Under the pieces are notes generated by a model. That model saw nothing but the letters and a program-made list of their open reading frames with translations, did no database searches and had not been told where the DNA came from. Below, piece after piece: positions 49,547-63,300 of a stretch of 64,000 nt of DNA (the first letter of the stretch is position 1; every line of letters begins with the position of its first letter). Source of the DNA: Lama guanicoe (Eukaryota); assembly GCA_013239625.1 (NCBI GenBank), contig MU053934.1, positions 6,900,399 to 6,964,398 of the forward strand, given 5' to 3'. Position numbers and translations under genes: made by a program.

Positions 49547-50660
49547 CATTCATTCATTCATTCATTCATTCATTCATTCCACAAGTGGCAGTGGATGTGC
49601 CTGGCACTGTCCTAAGAGATAGGGATACAGGGGTGAAATAAAATATAGCCTTCTCGGAATTTATATTCTAACGAGGGAAAGAAACAATAAACACATGAAG
49701 AAGCAAAATACAAACTATATGCGTCAGTGCAAAGTCCTGAAGAGAAACTGAAGGAGGATGGGGAGCGTGGTGAGGAGAGGTGTAATTTTAAATAAGGTGA
49801 AGACCTCATTGAAGTGACATTTGAACAAATACTGAAGGAAGTAAGGGAGCAAGGCATTCAGTGAAGAGTATTCTGGGCAGAGGGAACTGGCAAGAGGCGC
49901 TGGGGCTCTACCTGGTGTGGTAGAGAAACAGCAGGGAGAGCAGGGTGGCCAGAGCACAGCGAGCCAGAGGAATAATCAGGGAGGGGGCAGGGGGCTTGGC
50001 CGGTCAGCTAGGATCAGGTAGACCACTGGAAGCACTTGAACTGTTACTCTGAGAGTGATGGGGGTCACTGTGGGATTTTGAGCAGAGAGGAGTGATATAT
50101 AAACAGTCACTTTGGCTGCTGTATTGCAATTAGACCATGGGAGGGCTAGGGCAGCCGTGGGGGCCTTTAGAACACTATCAAAATAACCTAAGAGAAAGAT
50201 GATGGCTTGGTCACCAAGGAAGTGGCAGTAGAGGTGATGAGAAGTAGTCGGATTCTGGGTATGTTCTGCATAATTCCAATTTGGATTTGCTGACAGGTTG
50301 GATATGCAGTGTGAGAAAAAAGAGTAATCTAGGACTACTGCCAGGTTTCGGTGTCTGAGTAACTAAGAAGAATGGTGTTGTCATGTAATGAGATGGGAAT
50401 ACGATAGGAGAGGTGGACTTGGAGCAGGAGGGGGTGCAGTCAGATCTGGACTTGACTGCAAACCACACTGAGATGCCCTTAGACGTCCCCGGGGAATGTC
50501 AGGTGGGAAGAGAGGTAGGAAACTGATGATCAGAGGAGAAGTCTGACCGGGAGAAATACATGTGGGAACTGGCGATGTACACACATCATTAAAAGCTGTG
50601 AGTGAAGGTGTCATCAGCCAGGGAGTGAATGTAGACAGATAAGTCCAAGGACTCCATCTA
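49547..50660 (-). mobile_element. L2 LINE fragment with (TTCA)n end
   Basis: CATTCATTCATT run followed by L2-typical GAAGTGACATTTGAACA...GGATTTTGAGCAGAG...GGATTTGCTGACAGGTTGGAT. Confidence 0.7.
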
Positions 50661-51069
50661 TCTGGTGACCAAAGGCCCACTCAGATCACATACTCAACTG
50701 CCCTTGAAACTTCTAGTATTCCCCTTTTCCCGGTTTACAGTTACTTCTTGGAAATGGCCATGGGTCCCTTTGGGGAATGCCTGGGGGAATTACCACTGCA
50801 AACGTTCGCTGTAGCATTACAGCATTCTTCTTAAGAGGACCCAGCCTCCCTTTCAGTGACCTCTGAGTCAGAGGACTGACTTGGGCCTGGAAACTGGGTG
50901 AGGGGTTGAGATTTTTCCATTAGCAGGTGGCACTAGCTTTCTGTTTACTGTTTTCCATCTTTCTTTGATGATTAAAAATATCATGGTTGCCATAGTCCCT
51001 GGGAATACCATGGTCTACTAGCCATCAGCACAGAGCCCTGCAGGCCCAAGCTCCCTGACTGCCAGTTGG

Positions 51070-51351
51070 CCTTGCCCCTGTCCTGATGTCTGACAGCAGA
51101 AGAAGATGGACTTCCCTGCTCAAGCAGAAGGAGCAAATTTACCCTTCCTCTGCCTTTTTGTTCTATTTGGGCCCTCAACAGATTAGACGATGCCCACCAA
51201 CACTGGTGAGGGACATCTTCTTAGCCAGTCTACAATGCAAATGCTAATCTCCACTGGACACACCCTCCCAGACACACCTAAAAATAATGTTTTACCAGTT
51301 TTCTGGGCTCCCTTATCCCAGTCAAGTTGACACACAGAATTAACCATCACA
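51070..51351. mobile_element. MLT2-like LTR fragment
   Basis: GCCCTCAACAGATTAGACGATGCCCACC...CCAGTCAAGTTGACACACAGAATTAACCATCACA. Confidence 0.65.
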
Positions 51352-51899
51352 GTGGGGACTCTGCATGGTCTCCAGGTAAAAGGCTGCCATTCTCAAGCAA
51401 GAGGGACTGGGTCACTTCTGCTGGCCCAGGGGGTTAATGGGAATCTGGGGTTAGGGATTCTCAAGCCCATCTACTCGGATGCTCTGTGCTAGTTCTCAGT
51501 GTCCCGATCCTTCCCTTCTGGGACCTTGACTGGAGCACAGACTCTAGGAGAGTCATCTGTTTGGCCTGCTACAGAGCTCCACCCTGCTGGTGAGGGCAGG
51601 GTCTGGGCCTTCCCTGGCAGTCTGCCCTCTGGCTGCAGTAGACTAGTCTTCAAACACTGTTGTTTAGGCCTCCTGGTTTTCAAACTGGGCCATGAGTAGA
51701 TAAAAGGCTGTCCTGAGCCTATTATTTTCATCCTCAGCACATCATTGCCACTTAGTAACAATCAACTTCACTTTCCTTATAAATGACCATTGCCCCATGT
51801 ATCTCAAATATTAGAGACATTGCCTAAGCCAAGGCAACCCTTTCACCAATGTGCCCCATCCCAGAGCAGAAGAGATTAGTCTCAGTAATGATGAGACTC

Positions 51900-53420
51900 A
51901 GCATGCCAAGTGTTACCACCATGTTCCAGCTAGCTGCTGCTGCAAAACAAATTTTCTCAGAACTCAACTGCTTAAAACAATAGCTCTTTTATTATCTCTT
52001 ATGACTTGGCGGGTTAGGTATTTGGGCAGGATGATTCCTTTGCTCCACATGGCATTAACTGAGGTTACTCTGTGGTACTTAGTTTGCACATGGTCTGGTC
52101 TGAAGGGTCCAAGTCAGCTTCATTCACATGTCTGGTATCTTAGCAGGGAAGGCTGGAAGGTTGGGCTCATGTGGGACTGTCAGCTAGAACACCTACCCAT
52201 GGCTTATCCAGTGTGTAGTCTCAGTGGTCAATCTTCATATGTAGTGGCTCAAGACCTCCAGAGAGTACTCCAGGGGTAGGAAATGGGGAAAGTGTAATTC
52301 TTTCAAAGTCTGGGCCCGGAAGCTGGCTGAGTCATGTCCGATCAAAATAGTAACAGAGCCCACTCAGATTCAGAAGGGATGCAGACCCCACCTCTTGAAG
52401 GGAAGAGTGGCAAGTAATGTGCTATCTTTAATCCACCATACTACCTACCCCAGTTAACATCACTAACTGGGTTTTTGTTGCCATCTAGCTGATGAGTCTT
52501 CCAATTCCGGAATCCAATTCTAAGGATCTACTTCTTAGGCCTCCTCCTGGTACCAATTGTTCTAGAGTGGGCTCTCCTAGAAGCAGACCTTGGGACAAGG
52601 ATCCAGGTGCAAGTAGTTTATTTGATAGATGATCCCAGGAGGCACCACTAGGGAATTTAGTATGTGGCTCTTGTGTGGGCTGATAGCTTTGTCTCCTCTT
52701 CCCATTTCAGCCTTTGAAATCCAGCATTTAAGTCCTTGTATCAACAAATACTTTTAGGGTAGCTAAAGCTTCACTGCTAACTTAACATTCCAGTCTCTAG
52801 ATTCTTCATTTTTGTACCTGGAGATAATCTTTACTTTCACGGGTGCACAGCAATGAAAGGTTATTTGTTATATGAAGAGTTTCCAGGTGTTTTGTAAGAA
52901 GAGCGTTTTCCGTATTACTTAGTTCTGTTTATTGCTGGAAGTAAAGGTCCTATTATTTCAGCTTCAAATGGTCTTTGGGAGATTCCTCCTATCTCTATAC
53001 ATACATGCTACTCCTTTCATCAAGAAGTGGAGTCTATGTCCCCTCTTGAATCTGGCCAGTTTTGTGACTTGCTTCGACCAACAGAGTATGACAGAAGCCA
53101 TAGACTGGTGTTTTCAAGTCCAGGACTTAAGCTGATAGCTTCCACCCTCTTGGGATCCAGCCACCTAAAGAAACTTGACTTAGACTTCTGAGAGAGAGAG
53201 AGAGTGCACATGGAGAGAGGCTGCCAGGTGAGACGGCAGTCCTGTGAGTTAAGTGGCGTCAGATGTTCTAGCCCCAGCTGAACTGATGGCATGAAGCAGC
53301 AGGAGTGAGCCCCGCTAACACCATGTGGAGGGGACATGAGCCATCTCTGCCAATCCCTGCCCAAACGGCAGAATACCGAGAAAATAAATTACCCTAGTTG
53401 TTTTAAGTCATTAAGTTTTT
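51900..53420. mobile_element. Cluster of MLT1-type LTR fragments
   Basis: Several MaLR-like segments (e.g. CATCAAGAAGTGGAGTCTATGTCCCCTCTTGAATCTGG...GTTTTAAGTCATTAAGTTTT). Confidence 0.5.
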
Positions 53421-56400
53421 TATAACTGATTTATTGAGATATAATTCACATAACTTATAATTCACTGTTTTAAAGTATACAATTCAGTGGTTGTTAGTAT
53501 ATTTACAAGGTTGTCACCATCGCCACTACGTAATCCTAGAGCATTTTTTGAATCCTGAAAAGAAATCCCTTACCCATTACCAGTCACTCTCAGTCTCCTC
53601 CTTCCGCCTTCAGCCCCTGGTAACCAGCCTAACTTTCTGTCTTATGGATTTGTTTATTCTGGACATTTCATATATACATGAAATCATATAATATGTGGCC
53701 TTTTGTGACTGGCTTCCCTTGCTTAGCATAATTTTTTCAAGATTCATCATGTTGTAGCATGTAACAGTGCTTCCTTTTTAAAAAACTGTGGTTAAGATAA
53801 ACATAAAACTTAGCATTTTAACTATTTTAACTGTACAATTGAGTGGCATTAAGCACATTCACATCGTTGTGCAACCACCCATTACCCATCTCCAGAACTT
53901 TTACATCATCCCAAATTGAAACTTGGTAGCTGCTTCCCCCTTCCCCCAGCCCCTGGTAACCACTGTTGTTTCTCTTTCTGAGTTTGACTATACTATGTAC
54001 CACAAAGTTCCTTTTGTGTTTCATTTATTTCACTTACTATGTTTTCAGCATTAATCCATGTTGTAGCATGTATCAGAATTTCCTTCCTTTTTAAGGCTGA
54101 ATAATATTTCCTTCTATGTATATACCATCTTTTGTTTATCCACTCATCTGTCAACGGACATTTGAGTGTTCCTACTTATGGCTATCATGAATAATGCTGC
54201 TACGAATATTCGTGTACAAGTTTTGTGCAGACATGTTTTAATTTCTCTTGGTTATGAATCTACGAGTGGAATTTCTTGGTTGTATGGTAACTCTATGTTT
54301 AACTTTTTGAGGAACTGCCAAACTGTTCTCCAAAGTGGCTGCACCATTTTAAAATCCCACCAGCAATGTATGAAGTTTCCAAATTCTCCACATCCTTGCC
54401 ATTACTTGTTGTCTACCTTTGATTATATCCATTCTGGTGGATGCGAAGTGGGTCTTATTGGGGTTTGACTTACATTTCCCTAATGACTAATGATGCTGAG
54501 CATCCTTTCACGTGCTTATTGGCCATGTGTGTCTGTGTTTTTCTTTTTGAGAAATGTCTATTCAAATCCTTTGCCCATTTTGGGGGGTTGTCTTTTTATT
54601 GTTGAGTTTTAAGAGTTCTTCTCTTCTGGATACAATTCCCTCATCAGATGTATGATTTTCAAACACTTTCTCCTATCTCCTGTGGGTTGTCTCTTCAATT
54701 TGTTAAAGGTTTCCTTTAAAGCACAAAAATGTTTAATTTTGATGAAATTTACTTTGTTGTGGATATCCAGTTGTCTGCACCATTTGTTGAAAAGACTGTT
54801 TTTTTCTTCCCACTTAATTGTCATGGCACCCTTGTCAAAAATTAATTGACCAAGTATATGAGGCTTACTTTTGGACTCTCCATTCTGTTCCCTTGGTCTA
54901 TGTCTATCCTTATGCTTGTACCATACTGTCTCGATGACTATAGCTTTGTAGGTAAAATTTGCAAGCAGGAAGTGTGAGTCCTTCAACTCTTGTTTTTCAA
55001 GACTGTTTTGGCTGCTCAGGGTCCCTTTAAATTCTTCCAACAATACTTCGTAGTTTTCAGAATGAGTTTAAATATTCGTTAAATTTATATATGTGTCTTT
55101 ATTCTTTTTGGCTCTATGCTAAGTGGACTTGTTTATTTTCTTAATGTGATTTTTTTAATTGTAAGTATACCAATCAATATCCTGCAACTTACAGTGTTTT
55201 AGTTCTAGGAGTCTTTGAGTGGACTACTTAGCATTTTCTACATACAAGACCATGCCATCTACAAATAGAGATGAGCTTACTTCTTTCTTCTCAATCTGAT
55301 GTTCCCCCAATGCCATCCCACCCCAACCCCTCTGATTAGAATCTCCAGTACAAAGTTAAACAGAAGTGGTGAAACTGGCCATCCTTGTCTTGCCTTTGAT
55401 CTTGGAGGGAACACTTTCCATCTTTAACCAGGGATTATTGATTCCACTGTGACCAAAGGGCTTGTGTAGCCTCAATCCTTTTACATTTACTGAGTTTCGT
55501 TTTATTGGCTAGAATATGGCCTGTTTTGGTGTACATTCCATGGATTTCTGAAAACAATGTGTCTTCTTTTGCGTGAAATAGTCTATGTTGATTGGATCCC
55601 TGTTGGTTTGCTGTCTAGCTGTTCTATTGTTAAGAGAGAGGTATTTAAGTCTCTGATGTAAATGTGGATTTGTTTTTCTTTCAATTTTATCAGTTATTTC
55701 ATCAGTTTTGCAGCTCTCTTGTTTGGTAACCACGTATTTAGGATAGTGCCTTCCTGGTGGGTTGACACTTTTTTCATTATATTCGCTTTGCCAATCTGTC
55801 TTCCAATTAATATATTTAGACCACTTACATTTAGGATACTTAGTGATGTTAAGGCTTGAGCCTCCCATTTTATTGTTTTCTGTTCTATTTGTTTTCTTTG
55901 TTATGCCTTCCTGTAGGTTACTTGAACTTTATTTTTTTAAGCATTTTGGTTTATCTATAGTGTTACAGGGTATATTATCTTTTTTTAGCAGTTGCTCTAA
56001 GAATTACTATATATGTTACTATACATGCAAATACACATTAACCACAGTATACTGTTTTTATTTATTTAATTTGGGGGGGGAGAGGCAATTAGATTTATTT
56101 ATTCTTAGAGGAGGTACCGGGGAACTGAACCCAGAACCTCCTGCATGCTAAGCATACACTCTACCACTGACCTATACCTTCCCGGCTAACCATAATATAC
56201 TGTTAACATTGTGTCAATGTTATTGACATTTCTAAGTGTAGAAACCTTCCTTCTCTTTATATTCCTTAGCCCTCTCCCATTTATAAAGTAATTTTTTAAA
56301 GTATTTCCTCTACATACATTGAGAACATCAATAATTTCTGCTTCAACCAAACTCAAAGGAAGGAAAAGGAAAATATTTACCAAGTTTCACTACTTCTGTT

Positions 56401-57950
56401 GTTTCTTCTTTCCTTTTTGATGTTACAAGTCTTCTTTTATTTTTTCCTTTATGTTTAGAGATCTTTAGACATTCTTTTAGGGTAGATCTGCTGGCAACAA
56501 ACCCTAGATTTTTCTTCATCTGAGAATGTCTAAATCTATGTTCTGAAGAGTATTTTTCACTTGATACAGAATTCTCAGGTGACAATACTTTCCACAACTT
56601 GAAAAGTATGCCACTTCCTTCTGGCCTCATAGTTTGTGATGAGGAATCTCCTGTCCCTTAAAGGTAAGATATCACTTCTCTTTTGCTGCCTTTGAGGTTT
56701 TTTTTGGTCTTTAGTTTTCAGAAGTTTAGCTGTGATGAGTCTTGCTGTGAATTTCTTTAGGTTTATCTTCTTTAGGGTTTTCTGAATTTGCAGGTTCATA
56801 TGTTTTATCATTTCTGGGGAGTTTATAGCCATTATTTCTTCAACTACTTTTTAGCCCCACTTATTTTTCTCTTTCTGGAACTCTGATGACACAGATTTTA
56901 CATTTTTTGTTATAGTACTACCGGTCCCCAAAGTTCTTATTATTTTTTTAAGTCTACTTTCTCTGTTGTTCAGACTGGGTAGTTTCTATTGCTTTATCTT
57001 CACGTTCACTGATTCTTTCTCCTCTGCTGCTTTTTTTGGGGGGGAGGGGGTAATTGTATTTTTCTGCTGTAAATGGTCCTTTATATTTCTATTTCTTTGC
57101 TAAGACTTCATACATTTTTTCAATTGTTTCATGTGTGTTCATAATTGCTCACTGACACATTTTTTATAATGGCTGCTTTTAAATCCTTGTCAATAATTCT
57201 AACATCTCTGTTGTCTTGGTGTTGATGTCTACTGTCTTTTTTCCTTGACGTCAAGATCTTTCTGATCTTTGGTATGAGTGATATTTGACTGAAACATGGA
57301 TATTCTGGTATTATGTTATGAAGACTCTGGATCTTATTTCAATCTTGTTATAGCCCACCTCCTCTGATGGGCATGAAAAGGCACTATTTCATTACTGCCA
57401 CCTGTGGATGGAACTGTCTCCTGTTACTGCTAGGTGGCGCTGAGTTCCATCAACCCACTACACCTCTGCTAATACCCTGGCTAGGAGGGACTGGGGTGTC
57501 CCACTTCACCTCCTCATGTGACCTCCACCGATACCAACTTAGTCCCAGCTCCCTACCTGGCCTTCTGACACTTCCCCAGCAGAGATTTTGGGATTTCCCC
57601 AGTACAGCCTACCGAGGATGGAAGGACTCAACATGGCATTTACTGGTGAAGGTGGGGATGCAGTTTTTCTTGTAGTGTTTCACTAGTTTTCAGTCTTGTT
57701 AAAGTTATTCCTTTTCTGGCCCTCACGTGGGTTTTTTGGTTTGTTTGTTGGTCTGCTTCTCCAGCACCCAGCTTGGCATATATGAAGCAAAAAGAAAACC
57801 CAGGCAACTCAATGCCATTCATTGGGTCCCAAGGTCCCCAGCCAGTCTTCCTTCTCTCCACCTTCCAGTCTGTTGATTTTATATAAAACATCTAGGGTTG
57901 TATTTAGTGGAAAGAATAAGGATAAGTATTTCTATCCATCTTCCCAGAAA
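53420..57950 (-). mobile_element. Nested antisense L1 fragments
   Basis: L1 3' UTR and ORF2 motifs. The minus-strand translation contains QLIFDKG..KNSLFNKWC (ORF 54609-55043). Confidence 0.8.
56057..56186 (-). mobile_element. Vic-1-type SINE with about 18-bp TSD
   Basis: tRNA-Ala-like head on -, flanked by TAACCACAGTATACTGTT (56039-56056) / TAACCATAATATACTGTT (56187-56204). Confidence 0.85.
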
Positions 57951-57989
57951 TGGAAGTATTTCACTTTTAATATCACAATAAACAAACCA

Positions 57990-58575
57990 TATGGGAATGT
58001 AAAGTGGTACAGCCACTGTGAAAATCAGAATAGTGATTCTTCAAAAAATTAAAACTAGAAATGCCACACGATCCAGCAATTCCAGTTCTGGATATATACC
58101 CAAAATAACTGAGAGCAGGGTTTTGAAGAGATGTTTACACACCCATGTTCACAGCATCACCCACAACAGCTAAAACATAGAAACAACCCAAGTGCCAACA
58201 ACAGATGAATGGATAAGCAAAATACGGTATACACATACAGTGGAATATTATTCAGCTTTAAAAGGGAAATTTTGACACTTGCTACAACATGCATGAACCC
58301 TAAGGACATAACGCTAAGTGAAATAAACCAGTCACAAAAAGACAAATACTATGATTCCACTTAACATGAGTAGTCAAAATCATAAAAACAGAAAGTAGAA
58401 TGGTAGAATGGGGAGTTAGTGTTTAATAGGAACAGAGTTTAAGCTCTACAAGATGAAAAATGGATGCTGGTGATGGTTGCACAAAGTGAATGTATTTAAT
58501 ACCACTGAACTGGATACTTAAAGATGGTTAAGATGATAAATTTAATGTATATTTTACCACAAAAACAAAAAAAAC
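57990..58575 (+). mobile_element. L1 3' end fragment
   Basis: GATCCAGCAATTCC...CAACAGATGAATGGATAAGCAAAAT...TTTTACCACAAAA. Confidence 0.8.
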
Positions 58576-58977
58576 CTATCAACAACTAGTTACTTCCTTC
58601 CTAATGCATAGTTGATCTAAAAGGTAAATTTCACCTGTCAGTGTAACTTCTTCAAGGCAAACGCCACCTGCTAGTCTCCCTTGTTTCCTATGAACAGACC
58701 CAACTCTGTTGTAACTGACCAGCTTAATACCCAGTGAAGCACTTTAGGCCCAAGGAGGTACTGAGTTACTGTGCCAGGTGCTTCCACAGACACTAATGCT
58801 CACATTCTCCCAGCCGGGGAGACTGAAGTTCAGTGAGTCCTGTGAGGAACTGTCCTAAAGTCATAGCTGGTGAACAGTAAAACAGAGGCAAATCCCTGTT
58901 TCCTGGTGACAAGTTCCATGAAACCTCTTAGCAGAATCTTTTAAGAAATGACAGCCCAATAGTAGGAATAACAAATG

Positions 58978-58983
58978 TTTATT
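58978..58983 (-). terminator. POLDIP3: POLDIP3 poly(A) signal AATAAA
   Basis: TTTATT on + strand about 1.37 kb past the stop, at the end of a unique-sequence 3' UTR. Confidence 0.65.
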
Positions 58984-60355
58984 CAGAAATGGGTAAGTAA
59001 CACATAGTCTCCTCCATCCCTTAATGCCTCTTCCTCTCCTTTTTAACAAATGAGACACAGGTGGGGAATGCAAGGGAGTGGGAGGTGGAGAGGGACACAA
59101 GGATTGGCCCACCACCTTCTATTTCCCACGATGACATCCTGTAGAATAGGGGATGCAAACAGGCTCTATCCCACAATGTACCGTATGGCTACCCAGAGGA
59201 CAGGGTCCTGATGGCCAGGTGGCTGCAGCTGGGCTCAGTGAAGCCCTGTGATAACCAGAGCAGCCTGGCACGGGACTGGAGGGGAGATGGGAGGGTAAAG
59301 CCATGCAGGCAGGATATTTACCATCCCTACTGGAAGCAGAGTCCAAGCAGTGATCTGACTGTCCCCAGTACCTGAGAAACCAGGTCCTACTGTCTTGTGG
59401 GTGCTCTCTGGGGCCAAGAAGGGGAAAGTGTAGAAGGAATGTCTTCCAGCTGCTGAACAGAACTAAGTCTGCACCTATTCAAAGGGGTAGAAGGGAACAA
59501 AAGCAGCATTCTTTAAAGAACTGGAAAGTGGAGCACCATCAGGCACATTCCCTGCACTTCCCAGGCCTGGGCAACCTCAGAGCTAAAGGACTGCGCTGGT
59601 TCAACCCTGGGTCCTTCGTGCTTGACAGACTGAACTCTGTGGAAACCTGAGTTTCCAAGTTTTTCTTCACTGGGCTGGCCCCAAGCAGCTCATAAGAGGC
59701 TCTTGGTGTCTCAGGTCCCCTGTATACTTTCTAGGCTTGTGTCTAGCAGACTGGCCTGGAGTCAATCGCAGTGAGAGGACAAGAGGCCTGTGACCTGATC
59801 TCCACCTGGGCCATCTCTATTGACCAGGAGAGTGTGCAACACAGCTCTTGGGCTGACTGGGTTCCTATTAGGATGGCAGCTGGTTCCTATTAGAATGGCA
59901 GGGGCTTCCAATTCCCACTTTGTTTGAAAAGTTTAAAAAAGAGAACGGGGGAGTCAACCTCTCACAGCTGGAGAAAGCACTGTCCTTCAAACAGCCCCTG
60001 CCCTGCATTCCACGAGGCCACAAGAAAGCTATCCAGAGAATTTAGGGCACCATTTCCAGATTTTAAAAGATCAATTTGGGGCTGAGGTTAGGGGGAGACA
60101 GTGTGAGCAACAGAAGCCTACCTTGGTGATGAGGCGGAGAGTGAAGAAACATACTACAGGAAATGTTAACGTAGAGAAGAGCACAGAGTAGAACACAACA
60201 CAGAAAGGCGGGTACCGTCCAGTGAGGAAGCTCTCTACTCCCCAGTGACCTTTCCCATGCTCAGGGGCCCCCAGTCCAACGGCCCATTGGTCACAATCTT
60301 TGCTTTGGGAAACAGAGCCACCCTCCTCTGCCCCCTGGCTGTCTCACTCCCCCAC

Positions 60356-63300
60356 TCAAAGTTTGATCTTGAATTCTGTGGGCTGTGTGGTCACAGAGGC
60401 CCCTGAGGACTTGAAGAGTGCCTTCAGGATGGTGTCAGGGTCCACTTCAGCAGGAGGGTTGGGTGAGGTGGCAGAATTCACCCTGCGAGGCAGCTCACTT
60501 TCCTTTTTCACTGAGGGGCTGTCACTCAGCCGTCTGTAGAGAGCAGAGGAGAAGCAAAACCCTTGTCGGTTTTCCCTGAGGTGGAGTGGATCCACCGTCT
60601 CCTGAGGATCTGCTATAAGCTGGCCACCAAACATAATGCTTTCTGTACCCTTTTACCTTGTTTTGTATTATAGCAACCCTATCATTTTTAAAAATTTGCT
60701 GATGAGAAAACTGAGATGCAGCTTGCTATGATCTAGGGTTTTAAGTTTAGGAAACACTGCATGTCCCTTGGGGACAGCCAAACACAAATCAGCACATTAT
60801 ACATTCTCAGAAGTCTTACAGACTTCATTGGGTTCAGCCAGTGGTTCCCAGCTTACTAGGTCATAAAACCCACATTTTTCAGAATACAACTTACCTTGGA
60901 ACACAGTTTAAGAAACTTATTTAAATCACAGAATCCAATATGAAGGGTTTAAATCCTGCTATTTCTAAATTTCAAAGTCTATTTCAAAGCCTGCCCCACA
61001 CTATCCCACCTACTTTGGCACCTAATATTCTCCCTGGATCTCTGTCTCCTTGTCTACGAAAGGATTTTCTTTTGCATGTCAGTTTAGACATTTTTCTGCA
61101 TCTCAAGCTCCAAGAAAGTCCTCAGTCCCAGGCCAGGAGTGTAGCCTGGGTGTGTGTAACAAAACAAGGGGTAGCACCCAGCACTGTCCCCATCAGAGGC
61201 AATCGTGAGATAAGTTTTCCATTCACTTGGACAATGGACACATAGATGTGCAAAAAGAGACACAACTGGTCTGCTCTCCACTTTCTTCTCAGGTGTTTCT
61301 AAATTATAAGGGTGGGGATGGGGTCTTAATGTTAGTCCCTGTGGGGTCAATCCCCTGCAGAAATGATGTGATAAGTCACTTTGTAAAATTTAAGCTTCCC
61401 GATTGTCTGTCTGCTTGCTGTCAGAGCAGAGGAAATGGGATGGAGCTGTGATGCAGGCAATTTACCCCTCAGAATAGAGATGATCATGGAGAGTAAACAA
61501 GCAGAAGAGCTCCACCCGGTCCCCTGTTTTGGAACTTACAGCAGGATGGGCTGGTCTGAGGTGATAACGTTCCCATTCATGTGAAGGTTGCACTTCATTG
61601 GTTGCCCTAAAAAAAACAAAACAAAAAAAGGCTCTGCCATGAGACCTCAGCTCCTTACACAAAAGGACAAAGACTGCCACTTGCATTACCAAGGGTCAAA
61701 GCACCCACAACTGGCAGCCCTGGCTTCACAGTTAGGGATGGGGCTGTCAGGTTTCAGCAAAGCAACCCCAGGGTGTGAGGTCCATGAAACCCTGGCAATG
61801 ACAGCACCAAGAAGCAAAGTGGCAACAGACCCTGCTTTATGCAGGAAAAGATCAGAGTCAAAGTAAGCAAGAAAGTAGACTCAGCATAAAGCAATCCAAA
61901 CTTGTTTGTGAAGCAAGTATTAAAGGAAAACGTCTACGGTATGAAATTAAGTGAAAAGAGTCAAAAATGAATGTCTGGGGGAGGGTACAGCTCAAGTGTT
62001 TAGCTTAGCATACACAAGGTCCTGGGTTCAATCCCGGTATCTCTTCTAAAAATAAATAAGTAAGTAAATCTAATTACTTCCCCACAAAAGATAAATAAAT
62101 TTAAAAAAAAAAGTGTATGTTCAGATTTCTACTTTGTCCATGAAGGATTAACCTTAAAAGTTCTGGACTCCCACTTTATGTAATATGTGATAAGTATAAC
62201 AGTAACAGCATAAAAAAAGGGAAAGAGAGAACAGAGCCCTAAAAGAGTAATATTTCTATATCTCACAGCAATTAAGTCAATCTGAAACACATTCTGATAA
62301 GCTACACATATACTGTAAACCCTTGATGAACCATTAAGAGAGTGAATCAAAACACATAATGGAAAAAATAAAGGAATTAAAATGTTGTATTAGAAAATAT
62401 TCATATAATGCAAAAGAAAGCCACATAAAATATAAATGGATTAAATAATCCAGGCAAAAGGCAGAAGTTGTCTGGATTAAAAAAAAAATCCAACTATATG
62501 CTATCTATAGAGGACACACTTTAGATTCAAAGATATAAAAAGGCTGAAAGTAAAGGGATGGAAAAAGATATACTACCCAAACAACAACCCTAAGAAAGCT
62601 GGAGTGGCTATACTAATAAAAGACAAAATTGACTTCAAAACAAAAATGTTAACTACAGAGAAAGAGGGACATTTTATAATGATAAAAGGGTCAATCCATC
62701 AGGAAGAAAACTTATAAATATATATGCAACTAACAACAGAGCCCCAAATATACAAAGCAAAAACGAACAGAATTGAAAGAAGTAAACAAACAATAATAGT
62801 TGAAGATTTCAGTACTTCACTTTCAAAAGTAATGGAGAGAACAACCAGGCCGAAGATCAAAAAGAGAAGACTTAAACAGCATTATAAACCAACTAGACCT
62901 GACATCTACCCAAAAGCAGCAAAATATTCTCCTTAAACACTCATGAAACAGAAAGGAAATTTGGTAAATTCACAGTTATAGAAATCAAACAAAACAATCC
63001 TAAATAACCAATGGGTCAAAGAAGAAATCACAAAGGAAATTTAAAAATACTTAGAGATGAATGAATAAAGACAACATACCTAAACTTACAAATGCAGCTA
63101 AAGCAGTGCTTAGAGGGAAATATATAGCTGTAAATTAAAAAGAATGAAAAGACAACCTATAGAATGGAAGGAAATATTGGCAAATCAGTTATCTGACACA
63201 TATTTTTACAATATAATTATTTTAAACTCTATTAAAAAGTGTCTGAACAGACATTTCTCCAAGATATACAAATAGCCAATAAGCTCAACACAACATCGTT

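Noticed and set aside
59859..59901. 22-bp tandem duplication in the POLDIP3 3' UTR
   Set aside because: A common small duplication with no evidence of function.
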